From a virus, in the IMG/VR virus record IMGVR_UViG_3300025528_000383: a DNA stretch of 25,596 bases. The stretch is one strand, 5' to 3'. This document shows positions 1 to 8,423 of the stretch, piece after piece; position 1 is the stretch's first letter; the number at the start of each line of letters is the position of its first letter. The notes beneath the pieces were generated by a model. That model saw only the letters and a list, made by a program, of their open reading frames with translations. It had not been told where the DNA came from and did no database searches. The position numbers and the translations under genes were made by a program.

Positions 1-999
1 CAACTTGCCGATGTTCGTGAAAGTGATGCTGTCAGAAGACCACAGGGAGTTACTTTGCAGGACAATGTGTTTCCAGTTGAGGTAAGTGGGATCAGAGTTC
101 CCTTTTTTCTCTACGATGTTTTGGAAAGTATCATTAAGGCTGTTGTAGAGTTTTTGGCCTTTCCGGTACCCTTTCTCCACGTACTCGATAAAGAGCCCTG
201 TCGCATCTTTGTCTTTCTTGTGTCCTTTCACCGTGATCTTGACGTAGGCTCCGGCCGGCACGCCCGGCTGTTTCTTGATGGCTTTTTCCTCCGTAGCCGC
301 ATTGGTCAGATTGAACGTGACCCCGTGGTATTTGAAAGAGGCTTTCCCATTCATATTGGCCTCTCGACCGGCATTTGCAAGCAGGACAAGCATGTTGGCG
401 AATTGGTTTTCACTCATGACCTTCAAGTCTTTATCGCCGTATTTCTGCACGGAGGAATGAACGAAGCTGATGGCATTGTTAAACTCTTGCACAAGGGTGT
501 CGCTCACCCACATCGCTTGGTTCATGTCCTTTTCAGAGGCTTGGTATTTTTCGGCAACATCTTGGCCCGCAAAGCCGGGAAAAGTCCAGGCGAGCATGGT
601 GTCCTGGCTGACATGATTCGGAGTGATCCCGTGCTTTTTGTAGATCGACCAAACCGAACTCTTCAGCCAATTTTCTTTACCAGTTTGCCCCGATTGGACG
701 GTGGGAAGTTTCCACTTGTTGGTATGAAACTTAGCATAAGGGGTGTTGGTGTGAGAGTACTCAAGGAATGCTTGCATCATTTGCTTCTTCGGGTGGCTAT
801 CGTAGACAACAACCGGAACGACACGGATGTTATCCGGGTCGTTGGTGATCGACAGGTAGTACCCGTCGTTCCCATCCCCATTGAAGAGGCTGAAGGCCTG
901 TGATTTAGCCGGCAGCATGGAAAGGGCCATGACGAAGACGAAAAGCCCCACCCCGATTTTCCGGAAATTTTTCCGGATGAAATGTGCCAATTTGCCCAT
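1..999 (-). CDS. Large exported/membrane conjugation protein, N-terminal 333 aa only (runs off window); VirB6-like by position
   Basis: Not in the ORF track. Manual translation from ATG at 999 (RBS GAAAGGGGG, just after the virB4 stop) is open to base 1: MGKLAHFIRKNFRKIGVGLFVFVMALSMLPAKSQA-FSLF..., a Sec signal peptide with SQA cleavage site. Product is inferred from gene order only. Confidence 0.8.
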   Translation of the reverse strand, partial: MGKLAHFIRKNFRKIGVGLFVFVMALSMLPAKSQAFSLFNGDGNDGYYLSITNDPDNIRVVPVVVYDSHPKKQMMQAFLEYSHTNTPYAKFHTNKWKLPTVQSGQTGKENWLKSSVWSIYKKHGITPNHVSQDTMLAWTFPGFAGQDVAEKYQASEKDMNQAMWVSDTLVQEFNNAISFVHSSVQKYGDKDLKVMSENQFANMLVLLANAGREANMNGKASFKYHGVTFNLTNAATEEKAIKKQPGVPAGAYVKITVKGHKKDKDATGLFIEYVEKGYRKGQKLYNSLNDTFQNIVEKKGNSDPTYLNWKHIVLQSNSLWSSDSITFTNIGKL

Positions 1000-1003
1000 C
1001 TCA

Positions 1004-2983
1004 TCAGGCCCCCTTTCGTCCGAAATATTTATCCTCATTTCCTGTGATCTGGTGATTGGCTTTCGAAATGAACTCGATTTCATAGTCGAACGCCAACGCA
1101 TACGCCACATAAGAGTCTCCGTTCATCCGGATCAGGAATTCCCCACGTTGAGCTTGCATGAGGAAATTGCGTTCCCCGTCGGACAGATGAAATTCTTGTT
1201 GCACCGCATCGATGTCGGTCGAGCTTTGACGGAGGAAGATGTTAACGAATGCGTTGGTCAGCACCGCCTTCCCGTTGGAGCTTTCCGCAAATTCGAGGAA
1301 GTTTTGTGAGGAAACAAGAAGCGAACAGTTTCGTTTCCGGCTCCGGCGGGAGACGTTTTCCAAAAATTGAGCGGTGAATTCATAGCCGGCCATGTTCCGG
1401 TTCAGAAGCATCCACGCTTCGTCACAAACGATCCGCTTCTTGATGTCCGGATTCTTCTTGCCGAACTTTTCCCACGTCCAAGAGAGGGCGACGTACATGC
1501 CAATCGGACGCAAGACGTTTTCTTCCAGACGGCTGACGTCAAAGGTGACGATTGGGGCGTTTTTGAAGTTCCGCAAGTCTTCAGAAGTTTCTTGGTCGAA
1601 CAGGTCGTAGATTCCACCCTTCTTGAACACCGCCAAGGCTTTAACCAGAGAGGTGAGTCGCTGATCTGTTTCGTTCTCCACCATCTTCGTCAGGATATCA
1701 TGGAAGTTGGAGAAGGTCGGCATTCTTTTTTTCTGACGCCCGTGAACCATTGTCTGGGTCCGCTCGTCGAAGTCGTTGACTTCTTCATACAAGGAGTTGG
1801 GATCCTCGTTGATGCCAAAATCCTCGTACATTTTCGACAATGCGTCAGAAACGACCGCCCGCTGAACATTGTCCAACCCGCCGTTCATGACGGCAATAAG
1901 GTTGATACAGTCGGAGATCTTCTCCTTCAGGTTCACAACTTCCTTCCCGAGCTTGTCGTCAAACTCTTCCTCAACATCAAACGGGTTGATGAATTGGTTG
2001 GACCCGGGATAGACTTGGATCAGGCTGCCTCCCAAGGCCCGGGTAAGCGGGGCGAATTCGCCCTCGGCGTCAATCATCGCTGTCCGGACACCCCGAAGGC
2101 TCGAACGCATCGTAATGAGGGATAGCAGGAATGTCTTACCGCTCCCAGCTTGACCGAAGATCGTGATGTTTCCGTTATTCAATTTCGTCCGGTCGAAAAA
2201 GTCGATGAGAAGCGGCGTGGAAGTGGTAAGGTTGACCCCGACCATCACGCCCTTTTCATGACTGATTTCGGAGTTGTAGAACGGGAAGCAGGCGGTAAGC
2301 GACCCGGTGTTGAAGTTCCGGTACAAATCCGGCAGGTAGGTCTTCCCAAACGGGAGAACCGTCTTATACCCATCATCTTGTCGGAGATAGGTCGGCATCG
2401 GATAGATTTTCCGCCCTTTAAGTTTGTTGTCGATCTTCTGCCATTCCTTGTTTAATTCTTCCAGGCTGTCCGCATAGAGGTTGCAGGCGATTTGCACATA
2501 GAAGAGATTTTCGTAGTTATTCTCCAGCTTCTCCCGCTGTTCGTATAACCTGCGAATGTCGTTACGGAGTTTGGTGACATTCCGGATCGACCCTCTTTCC
2601 TCTTCGTTGATGAGCTGGGCTTCGAATTGGGTGATTTTTTGCGTCAGCTCTTCCAAGGCAGCCCGTTCGTCAGAGGGTTCGATGTTGATAACGACATCGA
2701 GATCCCCGTCATAGTTATATAGGTAGTCGAGCCAGCCGACAGAAACCTGGTTCGGATACCCCTTGATCACAAAGTTTCGGACATACTTATCCCCCACCTT
2801 CATGTAGTCGGAGAACCCCCGTTCGAAACTCGGAGGGGCAATGAAGTCCTTCACGCTGGACATGCCTTTCTCCAATGTTCGTTTGTTGGTTGTCTCGTTT
2901 TGGGTCAAGTCGAAAACAATATCTTTCGGAACCTTTTTGCTTAGGCGTTTCGGTTGTTTTTCTGCTTTCTTTCTTTTTATCAT
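1004..2983 (-). CDS. virB4: VirB4-family conjugative T4SS ATPase
   Basis: 659 aa; Walker A GQAGSGKT, Walker B IVCDEAW, INPFD motif, RKRNCSLLVSSQ, HLSDGERNFL; downstream of prgI. Confidence 0.93.
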   Translation of the reverse strand: MIKRKKAEKQPKRLSKKVPKDIVFDLTQNETTNKRTLEKGMSSVKDFIAPPSFERGFSDYMKVGDKYVRNFVIKGYPNQVSVGWLDYLYNYDGDLDVVINIEPSDERAALEELTQKITQFEAQLINEEERGSIRNVTKLRNDIRRLYEQREKLENNYENLFYVQIACNLYADSLEELNKEWQKIDNKLKGRKIYPMPTYLRQDDGYKTVLPFGKTYLPDLYRNFNTGSLTACFPFYNSEISHEKGVMVGVNLTTSTPLLIDFFDRTKLNNGNITIFGQAGSGKTFLLSLITMRSSLRGVRTAMIDAEGEFAPLTRALGGSLIQVYPGSNQFINPFDVEEEFDDKLGKEVVNLKEKISDCINLIAVMNGGLDNVQRAVVSDALSKMYEDFGINEDPNSLYEEVNDFDERTQTMVHGRQKKRMPTFSNFHDILTKMVENETDQRLTSLVKALAVFKKGGIYDLFDQETSEDLRNFKNAPIVTFDVSRLEENVLRPIGMYVALSWTWEKFGKKNPDIKKRIVCDEAWMLLNRNMAGYEFTAQFLENVSRRSRKRNCSLLVSSQNFLEFAESSNGKAVLTNAFVNIFLRQSSTDIDAVQQEFHLSDGERNFLMQAQRGEFLIRMNGDSYVAYALAFDYEIEFISKANHQITGNEDKYFGRKGA

Positions 2984-3945
2984 CTGGATTCCTCCTCTAC
3001 CTCAACGTCTTCAAAAGAAATGGAAGACTTGTAGAATCCGGCCAAACGATCCCGAATTCGTTCGATTTCGTAGATCGCCTTCTTGGCAGCATCCAACACT
3101 TCCGGCGGAGTGGTGCCGTTTCCATAAAGCTCCGCCTCCAGCTTGTTGCGGGCTTCGACCAAAATCAGGTCGAGCTTGCCTTCCGCCAGGATGTTGGCCA
3201 TCTTGTTTTCCCCTTGAACGAAGGCTTTGAGATAATCGCCGTCCACGATGCCTTCGATATGGCTGTAGTTTTGGCGATGATAGACACTTGTGATGACGGC
3301 GGCGACTTCGGCCGTGGACAAGATCCGCCCCCGGAGCCCCATGTTCTCCAAACCGTCAATGACCATCTGACAACGGTTGTAGAGTTCCTTGGCCGCTTCC
3401 ATGTACTTCTCGTTGTCGTTCATGTTGGTGAGCAAAGCCGCCTCGTCATAGGGGACCACGATGTATTTTTTCTTGTGTTTCGTAGTATGGGTGCGTTCCT
3501 GAATGTTCGCCATATCCTGGTAATGGATACGGGCGTATTCTTCAAGTTGTGGAAACTCCTGCAAGGTGTCCTCGATGTCCTGCTTTAAGGAGGCGAGCAT
3601 CCGGCTGTTATCCATGGTGATGGTCTCGATGAAGATCGAGTAGGGAAAGTCCAACGAGTTGAGGAAACGTTGGAAGGAAATTTCGAGGACGTCCTTTTCC
3701 TTCTTCGTTTTGAGGTTATAGTTGGTAGAGGAAACCTCGATCAATGCCCGGTATTGGTGATTGCCAAGGTTGATCATAGAATCGGAAATGTCCTGGAAGG
3801 GCAAGAATTCTTGGGCGGTCGTGATGTCGTCACGAAGGCTCGTATCCACTCGACCCGGGTCGGTCTTCCGGATTTGCCAGGCGACCAGACCGCCCATTGT
3901 ACCGAGAATGCCCAAAAACAGGATGAGGGAAATCGCAATGGCCAT
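2980..3945 (-). CDS. Membrane-anchored T4SS protein (VirB4 partner)
   Basis: N-terminal TM helix; TAQEFLPFQDI and IEVSSTNYNLK motifs typical of the gene preceding VirB4 in Gram-positive tra operons; ATGA overlap with virB4; start moved to ATG 3945 (RBS AGAAAGGA). Confidence 0.75.
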   Translation of the reverse strand: MAIAISLILFLGILGTMGGLVAWQIRKTDPGRVDTSLRDDITTAQEFLPFQDISDSMINLGNHQYRALIEVSSTNYNLKTKKEKDVLEISFQRFLNSLDFPYSIFIETITMDNSRMLASLKQDIEDTLQEFPQLEEYARIHYQDMANIQERTHTTKHKKKYIVVPYDEAALLTNMNDNEKYMEAAKELYNRCQMVIDGLENMGLRGRILSTAEVAAVITSVYHRQNYSHIEGIVDGDYLKAFVQGENKMANILAEGKLDLILVEARNKLEAELYGNGTTPPEVLDAAKKAIYEIERIRDRLAGFYKSSISFEDVEVEEESR

Positions 3946-3949
3946 AGAC

Positions 3950-4255
3950 TCACACATCCTTTCTCACGTTGATCAGTTTTTTCGTCTTTTTCTTTAAAGC
4001 GTGTTTCCGGCGGAGATAAGTAAAAAGAGGCATTTCCATTTTCTTCACGAGGGCAAATGGCACGGACAATCCAAAGGCGATGATCGCCAAAACGACGCTC
4101 AAGAAGATGGAGCGGGTACCTGCAAAGGCCAAAAAGGCCAGAGCCATCCCGGTCACAAACCCCGCTAACAGCCAGAAAAACTGTGTCCAGTTGAGGATTC
4201 CGCCGATGACTTTCTCTTTCTCTTTTGTATCCGGTGGCACTTGGTAGACCGCCAT
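3950..4255 (-). CDS. prgI: PrgI-family (VirB3-like) membrane protein
   Basis: YQVPPDTKEKEKVIGGILNWTQF N-terminus, two TM helices, basic tail; RBS GAAGGTGA before ATG 4255. Confidence 0.8.
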   Translation of the reverse strand: MAVYQVPPDTKEKEKVIGGILNWTQFFWLLAGFVTGMALAFLAFAGTRSIFLSVVLAIIAFGLSVPFALVKKMEMPLFTYLRRKHALKKKTKKLINVRKDV

Positions 4256-4307
4256 TTCTATCACCTTCTCTTCTTCGGGATTTCGTTGGAAAGGGGAAAC
4301 ATCCCGG

Positions 4308-4730
4308 TTAATTCAGGGCGTTGTAGAAGATCCCCGTGATCATGGCGATGGCTCCGAGCCCGGCTGAGGCGATCGCCGCAAGGACGAGCCCTATGATCGC
4401 ATGCTTGCGGGCTCTCGGATTGTCGGAGGTTGCCCCCAGGCGGATGAAACCTAATATGAAAAAGAGGATCATCGTCACCGCTGCCACACCGGAGATTCCC
4501 GCCACCACAAAGCGGTAGCGACCCAATAACCGGTTCCAGAGAGTCGATTTCGATTCCACTTTGCCGTCCTTATTGAGGACACTTACTTTTCCTTTGTTGT
4601 TTATGTACAGTTTGGGTTGACTAATCACCTTTTTGCCCCCGTCCGCCCATGCCGGGAGCGGATGGATCAAGAAAGGGAGAAACGAAAAGATGAGTATGAA
4701 ACCGAGCCATTTTTTCGGACGTCCTTTCAT
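4308..4730 (-). CDS. VirB2/TrbC-like pilin paralog 2
   Basis: Signal peptide ending AWA, then two hydrophobic helices joined by LGATSDNPRARK; clear paralog of 4876..5346; RBS AAAGGAG. Confidence 0.65.
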   Translation of the reverse strand: MKGRPKKWLGFILIFSFLPFLIHPLPAWADGGKKVISQPKLYINNKGKVSVLNKDGKVESKSTLWNRLLGRYRFVVAGISGVAAVTMILFFILGFIRLGATSDNPRARKHAIIGLVLAAIASAGLGAIAMITGIFYNALN

Positions 4731-4764
4731 CTTGGGTCACTCCTTTTGCCAACATTGCTTGGAT

Positions 4765-4794
4765 ATGCTATGTGAAAATCAGTCGATTCATTAT
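4765..4794 (-). promoter_or_regulatory. SigE-like promoter for the pilin2-prgI-virB4 operon
   Basis: ATAATG-N16-CATAGCAT, 34 nt upstream of ATG 4730 and just after a terminator. Confidence 0.6.
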
Positions 4795-4826
4795 CTCCTA
4801 GCGGTCGGAATCCGTCGGGAGCAGAC

Positions 4827-4867
4827 AAAAAAAACAACCCCTCGGCGATGAGCCAGGAGAGGTTGTT
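4827..4867 (-). terminator. Intrinsic terminator after pilin paralog 1
   Basis: AACAACCTCTC...GAGGGGTTGTT stem followed by a T run on the minus strand. Confidence 0.7.
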
Positions 4868-4875
4868 CAATTCGA

Positions 4876-5346
4876 TTACCCAAGAGCGTTGAAGAAGATA
4901 CCGACGATGAACGTGACCGCACCCAATCCGGCCGCCGCCAGACCTGAGAAGACTAGGCCTACAATGACTCGGCTGCGTTCGCTTGGGTTTGCCGAGGTGG
5001 CCCCCAACTTCATAAAGTTGATGATGAAAAAGAGAATCATGGACACGGCACCAACCCCGGAAACGCCAGCGATAAAGAAGCGGTATTTGGCAATCAATTT
5101 CGTCCACGCTGATCCATCGGAACCTGTCGCCAGGTCGCCTGAATACGTCACCTTTCCGCTTGAATCCACCGTTACCTTTGAACCTGAGATTCCGGTGTCT
5201 TCTTTTTCCTTTTTTTTTGAACTGGCGGCATAGACTTCCACGGGGTTCGTCACCGCCGTGACGCCCATCGTCATGACAAAGGCGGCCAAAAGACCATACA
5301 GAGTCTTTTTCAAGGCGATTGGTTTTGCGAGAACCATGGTCATCAC
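4876..5346 (-). CDS. VirB2/TrbC-like pilin paralog 1
   Basis: Long signal peptide ending VYA, YRFFIAGVSGVGAVSMILFFI-LGATSANPSER-TM2; RBS GAAAGGGG; heads the tra cluster. Confidence 0.65.
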   Translation of the reverse strand: MMTMVLAKPIALKKTLYGLLAAFVMTMGVTAVTNPVEVYAASSKKKEKEDTGISGSKVTVDSSGKVTYSGDLATGSDGSAWTKLIAKYRFFIAGVSGVGAVSMILFFIINFMKLGATSANPSERSRVIVGLVFSGLAAAGLGAVTFIVGIFFNALG

Positions 5347-5397
5347 TTCCCCTTTCTTTATTGGTTGTTAATGAATGATCCAGCTTCTTTTCCTCTT

Positions 5398-5427
5398 AGT
5401 CTATTAAAATCCGCAGTATTTGATTAC
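5398..5427 (-). promoter_or_regulatory. Degenerate SigE-like promoter for pilin 1
   Basis: GTAATC-N16-AATAGACT, same spacing as the exact copies, 51 nt before the ATG. Confidence 0.4.
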
Positions 5428-5610
5428 CGACGGAGGGTGATTGACTGGTTGAATCTGGTAGAATTAAGATGCTCTAGATCAAGATTTCCTAGGCTTTTTA
5501 CTTTGTTTTTCTTACCCCCTTCTTTAAAGCATAAATAACAGAAAACAGCATATACATCACCCTTGACCTTGCATTCTATTCCCCCTGCAAGGGGTTTATA
5601 ATTCCATCCA

Positions 5611-5751
5611 TTATACCCCGGCATAAAAAAAGACCGCCCGTAGGCGACCGAGAAAAGAATTCAAATCCACAGTCAAACCGTCCAATTCCTTTTCGACCCA
5701 TTCCTTCATCTTGTTTAGATTAATTTGGTCCATCTTTGTTAACTCCAACAT
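5611..5751 (-). CDS. Small 46-aa ORF, possibly a truncated gene
   Basis: MLELTKMDQINLNKMKEWVEKELDGLTVDLNSFLGRLRAVFFYAGV; strong RBS GGAGGAGG and CATAGCAT promoter; last codons run through a terminator hairpin. Confidence 0.45.
   Translation of the reverse strand: MLELTKMDQINLNKMKEWVEKELDGLTVDLNSFLGRLRAVFFYAGV
5624..5650 (-). terminator. Intrinsic terminator
   Basis: GGTCGCC-tacg-GGCGGTC followed by TTTTTTT on the minus strand. Confidence 0.7.
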
Positions 5752-5817
5752 ACTTTAACCCTCCTCCATAAAAAATGCCTTCTTTTTTGGCATTGCCTGT
5801 TGTCTTGTAATCGTTTC

Positions 5818-5847
5818 ATGCTATGGCAATGGAATATGGTCTATCAC
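5818..5847 (-). promoter_or_regulatory. SigE-like promoter
   Basis: GTGATA-N16-CATAGCAT, 66 nt before ATG 5751. Confidence 0.65.
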
Positions 5848-5849
5848 GC

Positions 5850-5873
5850 AAAAAAGGCGGGAAGAGCCCGCCC
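5850..5873 (-). terminator. Intrinsic terminator of the primase 1 operon
   Basis: GGCGGG-ctctt-CCCGCC-TTTTTT. Confidence 0.75.
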
Positions 5874-5898
5874 CAGATTTGTTTGTGTTTTTATATGT

Positions 5899-6075
5899 TC
5901 AGTCAAACAACGACTCTTCAGCACTAGCGAGGTTGACCGGTACCTGATTTATTTCGACCGGTGCCATTTCTCGCCATGGGAAGGCGTATCCGAACAAGAA
6001 GGCGATATATAGAATCAACCCACCGAAGATGACGACCCCTATACTTGTCCGCTTGATCATTTGCTTCATGTTCAT
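5899..6075 (-). CDS. 58-aa single-pass membrane protein
   Basis: Below the ORF-track cutoff: MNMKQMIKRTSIGVVIFGGLILYIAFLFGYAFPWREMAPVEINQVPVNLASAEESLFD; ATGA overlap with the primase stop, RBS GGGAGG, ends before a terminator. Confidence 0.7.
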   Translation of the reverse strand: MNMKQMIKRTSIGVVIFGGLILYIAFLFGYAFPWREMAPVEINQVPVNLASAEESLFD

Positions 6076-7487
6076 CGGCTTCTCCCTCCCATTTCTCCAA
6101 CCGGCACAAACAAGGGCCGTATATCTTTTTCAAATGCTTCTTGGATGAACTCCTTGTCGATTTTCACGATCGGTTCATCATGCTGTTTTTCCAATGTAGC
6201 GATCATCTTATCATAAGCACGGATGTACGATTTATAATCAACACGCTTCACTTCGGAAAAAAATCCATTCAGCACAAGGTCGTCAAACCCCTTCCCGAAT
6301 CCCGGATCCCACCAATAATAGTAAAAATCCAGATTGCGATAGGTGTGCTTCAAGGCGAGGACCATCTCCCGGAAGGCAAAGTAGACGTTCGGGTTCTCGC
6401 ACATGTCGCTGTCGAAGAAGACGTGGACGGAGAGCACCGCCTGACCTTTTTCCGCTTCCAGATAGTCAAAGATTCGTTCGAGCTTCCCCCGCCAGCTCTG
6501 CACCCCTTGCAGGGAGACGCTGATAGCGTGATAAACCTTTGCCAACTGTTCCGATTTAAAGACCCCTTCCGTGATGTAGAGATCATGGGGGCGGTCGAGC
6601 CGTTCGGGATAGGAGACGTGAACGGGAGCTCCGCTTCCCGTTCCAAATCCCATTCCCTCCTTCTCATTAGCGAAACTAGAAGAGAACCAGATGTAGCGTT
6701 GTTCTCCTTTTTTCGCCTGATCCCGGCGGATCTGGATGCCACAAATCCGTCCTCGTTCATCCCGGATGGGGATGCCAATGCCCTTGTGGCCGACAAACGT
6801 CATCCCGCCGTTTTTCTCCAGATAATAAAAGCCCGGCACTTCCTTCAGTACGTCTTCGTCGTAGCCGTGGCGTTCCTTTAGTGCTTTCAAAAATTCCCGC
6901 ATGAAATAATTCGTCCGTCTGGGCATGGTGAAATACCCGCCCCGCTCGATGTCTTCCGGGGAAAGTTTCCGCTCTCGAAGAAGATAATCCCGATGTTTTT
7001 CAGAGAGTCTTCCGTTCTTTTTGAGCAACCCTTCACCTTCTGAAAAGACGGTATAAACCGCATGGAGAATATCCGGATCGGCCACCGGCTCCTCGACGCC
7101 GTCCACGTAGATATCGGTGTAGGTTCTCGGCGGGGCTTGAATGTCCCGATTTTCCAACGTTCCCTTTTTATAGAATTCCACCACCTGTTCAGGAGTCACG
7201 ATGCCAAATTGCAAAGCCAGCTTCCAGACGGCGGGTTTGAACCCGATTCCTTCCTGTTTTTGCACGAAATCGATACCATCCCCGCTCGCTCCACAGGAAA
7301 AGCAATGATAAGTGTTTTTCTTTTTATACAGGCTGAAGCTGCCAGCGTGGCGGTCGTTGTGGAACGGGCAGAACCCTTTGGGGACGTGGTACAGCCCCTC
7401 CACGATGTCCCGAATTGGGATCAGTCGCACCATCTCCAGAACCTGATGGAAAAACTGTCCCCGGTCGGACACATGCGGTTGGGGCAT
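6072..7487 (-). CDS. CHC2 zinc-finger/TOPRIM (DUF3854-like) DNA primase-like protein, paralog 1
   Basis: CPFHND...YHCFSCGASGDGI zinc finger; GIGIPIRDERGRICGIQIR; TOPRIM YITEG, FFDSD, KGFDD; start moved to ATG 7487 (RBS GAAGGTGA), 471 aa. Confidence 0.85.
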   Translation of the reverse strand: MPQPHVSDRGQFFHQVLEMVRLIPIRDIVEGLYHVPKGFCPFHNDRHAGSFSLYKKKNTYHCFSCGASGDGIDFVQKQEGIGFKPAVWKLALQFGIVTPEQVVEFYKKGTLENRDIQAPPRTYTDIYVDGVEEPVADPDILHAVYTVFSEGEGLLKKNGRLSEKHRDYLLRERKLSPEDIERGGYFTMPRRTNYFMREFLKALKERHGYDEDVLKEVPGFYYLEKNGGMTFVGHKGIGIPIRDERGRICGIQIRRDQAKKGEQRYIWFSSSFANEKEGMGFGTGSGAPVHVSYPERLDRPHDLYITEGVFKSEQLAKVYHAISVSLQGVQSWRGKLERIFDYLEAEKGQAVLSVHVFFDSDMCENPNVYFAFREMVLALKHTYRNLDFYYYWWDPGFGKGFDDLVLNGFFSEVKRVDYKSYIRAYDKMIATLEKQHDEPIVKIDKEFIQEAFEKDIRPLFVPVGEMGGRSR

Positions 7488-7514
7488 GAGATTCACCTTC
7501 TTTCCATAAATTCC

Positions 7515-7560
7515 ATTAACTATAGTCAAATTATAATTCATAGAGCTGCCAATAGTCAAC
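7515..7560 (-). promoter_or_regulatory. Sigma-A promoter of primase 1 flanked by two palindromic operators
   Basis: TTGACT-N18-TATAAT (7559..7530); operators ATTAACTATAGTCAAA (7515-7530) and GCTGCCAATAGTCAAC (7545-7560). Confidence 0.7.
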
Positions 7561-7844
7561 GAAACGTGGGGATAGACCCCGTGCGGCAACCGTTCCCTCT
7601 AATTCCCTTCGCCCTTCTTGGCTATATTGAAGAGAAGCAAAAAAACAAGAAATTTACAAAGGTCGCCGTTGCCCAGGGGTTGCTCATCGCCCATATCCTG
7701 AAACACCAGGATTTAGAGGGTAAAGGCCACGTTGAAAACCAAACCGAAGCCCTTATGCGTCGGCTCGGCAATGTGAATTGGGGAGCCGACCAGGAGTATA
7801 TCCGGCGGAAACACTTTCTTTAAACCGGTTGGCTTTCCCACAAC

Positions 7845-7881
7845 AAAAAGCACCCGTCCCTTTGTGGGGACAGGTGCTTTC
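7845..7881. terminator. Probable bidirectional terminator
   Basis: AAAGCACC.GTCCC...GGGAC.GGTGCTTT inverted repeat with A/T flanks. Confidence 0.7.
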
Positions 7882-7884
7882 TCG

Positions 7885-8133
7885 TTAGAATGGAAGATAA
7901 TCTCCGTTTGACTCAATGATTTTGCGTGCGACTTCCACATCCGGAACCACAAACGATTCCGTTTGGTTCCCCCAAATATGATCCCATTCTCCATCGGGAT
8001 CAACTTCGTAGCGAGCCGGATCAAAATTCCTGTACCGGGCTACAACTTTTCCGTTTTCATCTCGTATCTCAACTGTAACTCCAGTAAAATCCAAGTCTTC
8101 AATTTCGTGATAGGTGAATTCCAAATGTGCCAT
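7885..8133 (-). CDS. Hypothetical acidic protein (82 aa)
   Basis: RBS GGAGG before ATG 8133 (MAHLEFTYHE...); followed by a terminator. Confidence 0.7.
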   Translation of the reverse strand: MAHLEFTYHEIEDLDFTGVTVEIRDENGKVVARYRNFDPARYEVDPDGEWDHIWGNQTESFVVPDVEVARKIIESNGDYLPF

Positions 8134-8321
8134 TTTCTCTTCCTCCATAATATTTTAGTTCAGCAAAACAAAAATCCTTTGATTTCTGGTAGTCATGGTC
8201 TTGGGTATTCAGTCTTCCTGAAATTCTTTCAAAAATCGTAATGCCTTTTTCATTCCACCGTTCCTCCTTTTGAAATACATCGCCCAGAACCAGACGATAA
8301 CTATTTCCTTCCGTTCTTGAC

Positions 8322-8351
8322 ATTGTACTAAACAAAAATCTTCTTCATAAC
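8322..8351 (-). promoter_or_regulatory. Promoter cassette (degenerate SigE-like or weak sigma-A)
   Basis: GTTATG-N16-AGTACAAT; the -35 is identical to the primase 2 promoter; followed by a leader hairpin and TATTTCAAAAGGAGG. Confidence 0.45.
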
Positions 8352-8423
8352 AAAAAGGAGCTTTCCGTTCAGCTTCATCCCGCTTTCTATCATTCCGACC
8401 TTTGATCAGACCCACCTTTACAC

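Noticed and set aside
55-903. 282-aa plus-strand ORF and similar long antisense ORFs (1367..2125, 2875..3588, 6141..6881, 17044..17826)
   Set aside because: Shadows of well-supported minus-strand genes; no RBS and no recognisable motifs.
5498-5551. 17-aa minus-strand ORF MLFSVIYALKKGVRKTK as a type I toxin
   Set aside because: Plausible RBS, but the hydrophobic stretch is too short to span a membrane and no antisense RNA or clear promoter is visible.
7488-7589. ORF-track N-terminal extensions of the primases (also 10583..10624)
   Set aside because: They overlap promoters and leader hairpins; RBS-supported downstream ATGs give two proteins of equal length.
7690-7770. oriT nic-site look-alikes (ATATCCTG; CGCATAAGGGC on minus)
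   Set aside because: Only 7-8 nt matches, missing the conserved bases after the nick; no relaxase in the window.
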